NCBI RefSeq assembly: GCF_044324785.1
Contig: NZ_CP172129.1
Origin: Escherichia coli
GTDB lineage: Bacteria; Pseudomonadota; Gammaproteobacteria; Enterobacterales; Enterobacteriaceae
Direction: 5' to 3' (one strand)
DNA: 64,000 nucleotides
Shown: one piece after another, positions 63,393 through 64,000 of the stretch
How the letters are laid out: every line of letters starts with the position of its first letter
Numbering within the stretch: the stretch's first letter is position 1
Program-made: the position numbers and the translations under genes
Notes under the pieces: generated by a model
Seen by the model: the letters and a program-made list of their open reading frames with translations, nothing else
Told to the model about the DNA's origin: nothing
The model's database searches: none

Positions 63393-64000
63393 ATGACAAC
63401 GGATAACACGAACACGACACGTAACGATTCACTGGCTGCCCGGACCGATACCTGGTTGCAGTCGTTGCTGGTCTGGTCACCCGGACAGCGGGATATCATC
63501 AAAACGGTGGCACTGGTGCTGATGGTACTGGACCATGCAAACCGCATTCTGCATCTGGACCAGACGTGGATGTTTCTGGCCGGGCGTGGAGCCTTTCCGC
63601 TGTTTGCCCTGGTGTGGGGGCGGAATCTGTCCCGTCATGCGCATATCCGGCAGGTGGCCATTAACCGGCTGTGGGGATGGGCAGTGATTGCCCAGTTCTC
63701 GTATTATCTGGCCGGCTTTCCGTGGTATGAGGGGAATATCCTGTTTGCCTTTGCAGTGGCGGCACAGGTGCTGACGTGGTGTGAGACGCGCAGCTTGTGG
63801 CGTACTGCTGCGGCCATACTCCTGATGGCACTGTGGGGGCCTTTGTCCGGCACCAGTTACGGCATTACCGGGCTGCTGATGCTGGCAGTCAGTCACCGGC
63901 TGTACCGGGCGGAAGACAGAACGGAACGTCTGGCGCTGGTTGCATGCCTGCTGGCCGTGATTCCGGCACTTAACCTTGCCTCCAGTGATGCGGCGGCTGT
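63393..64000 (+). CDS. traX: F-pilin acetylase TraX, 3' end beyond window
   Basis: The ATG at 63393 opens MTTDNTNTTRNDSLAARTDTWLQSLLVWSPGQRDIIKTVALVLMVLDHANRILH..., a polytopic protein. It is absent from the ORF track because no stop lies within the window. Confidence 0.88.
   Translation, partial: MTTDNTNTTRNDSLAARTDTWLQSLLVWSPGQRDIIKTVALVLMVLDHANRILHLDQTWMFLAGRGAFPLFALVWGRNLSRHAHIRQVAINRLWGWAVIAQFSYYLAGFPWYEGNILFAFAVAAQVLTWCETRSLWRTAAAILLMALWGPLSGTSYGITGLLMLAVSHRLYRAEDRTERLALVACLLAVIPALNLASSDAAA

Noticed and set aside
61319-63547. Long minus-strand ORFs (394, 290 and 277 aa) inside traI.
   Set aside because: They are antisense to the well-supported 1756-aa TraI frame. Their Arg/Ser/Pro-rich composition is typical of antisense frames in GC-rich coding DNA.

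Overview
All identifications come from reading the sequence and ORF track against remembered reference sequences (F plasmid, RSF1010, IS26, IS1, IS5, the aerobactin operon). No database search was run.

The window is one contiguous piece of an F-type (IncF) conjugative virulence and resistance plasmid of Enterobacteriaceae, ColV-like. Left to right it contains:

1. 1-1976: an RSF1010-derived fragment on the minus strand (sul2 5' end, repC, 5'-truncated repA), cut by IS26 (1977-2796). IS26 also truncates the MFS gene shiF.
2. 3966-12000: the Fur-regulated aerobactin locus iucABCD-iutA.
3. 12420-13237: a 16-codon autotransporter signal-peptide remnant cut by IS1 (12470-13237).
4. 13420-16137: the F sopA-sopB partition genes, plus a sopC centromere with 8 intact and 1 degenerate 43-bp repeat.
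5. 16500-18950: an AT-rich insertion. It holds an uncharacterised two-gene cassette (a 2-TM SLATT-like protein with a Cys cluster, plus a 70-aa CxxC-tailed partner) and an IS110-family element.
6. 19140-30880: the plasmid leading region. It carries klcA/ardB-like, a DUF3560-like gene with a minimal orphan NPPF methyltransferase, ssb, a DUF905-like gene, a ParB-like gene, psiB, psiA, a hok/sok-type locus and a DUF932-like gene. Three ~520-bp direct repeats punctuate it, each with a conserved long hairpin (Frpo/ssi-type ssDNA promoter candidates).
7. 31176-32090: orf169 transglycosylase and F-type oriT, with nic at 31776^31777 on the minus strand.
8. 32100-64000: an essentially F-identical tra operon from traM, finP/traJ and traY through traI and partial traX. 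An IS5-family element (53749-54944, TTAG target duplication) interrupts it at the last codon of traS.

Most worth following up:
- the SLATT-like/CxxC cassette
- the diverged inverted-repeat arms flanking the 2.5-kb insertion upstream of klcA
- the candidate IS110 bridge RNA
- the Frpo-like repeats, which show a compensatory base change in the hairpin
- a candidate antisense RNA over the RBS of the 21202 operon
- a 1-nt deletion that removes the conserved DDIPF tip of the plasmid SSB
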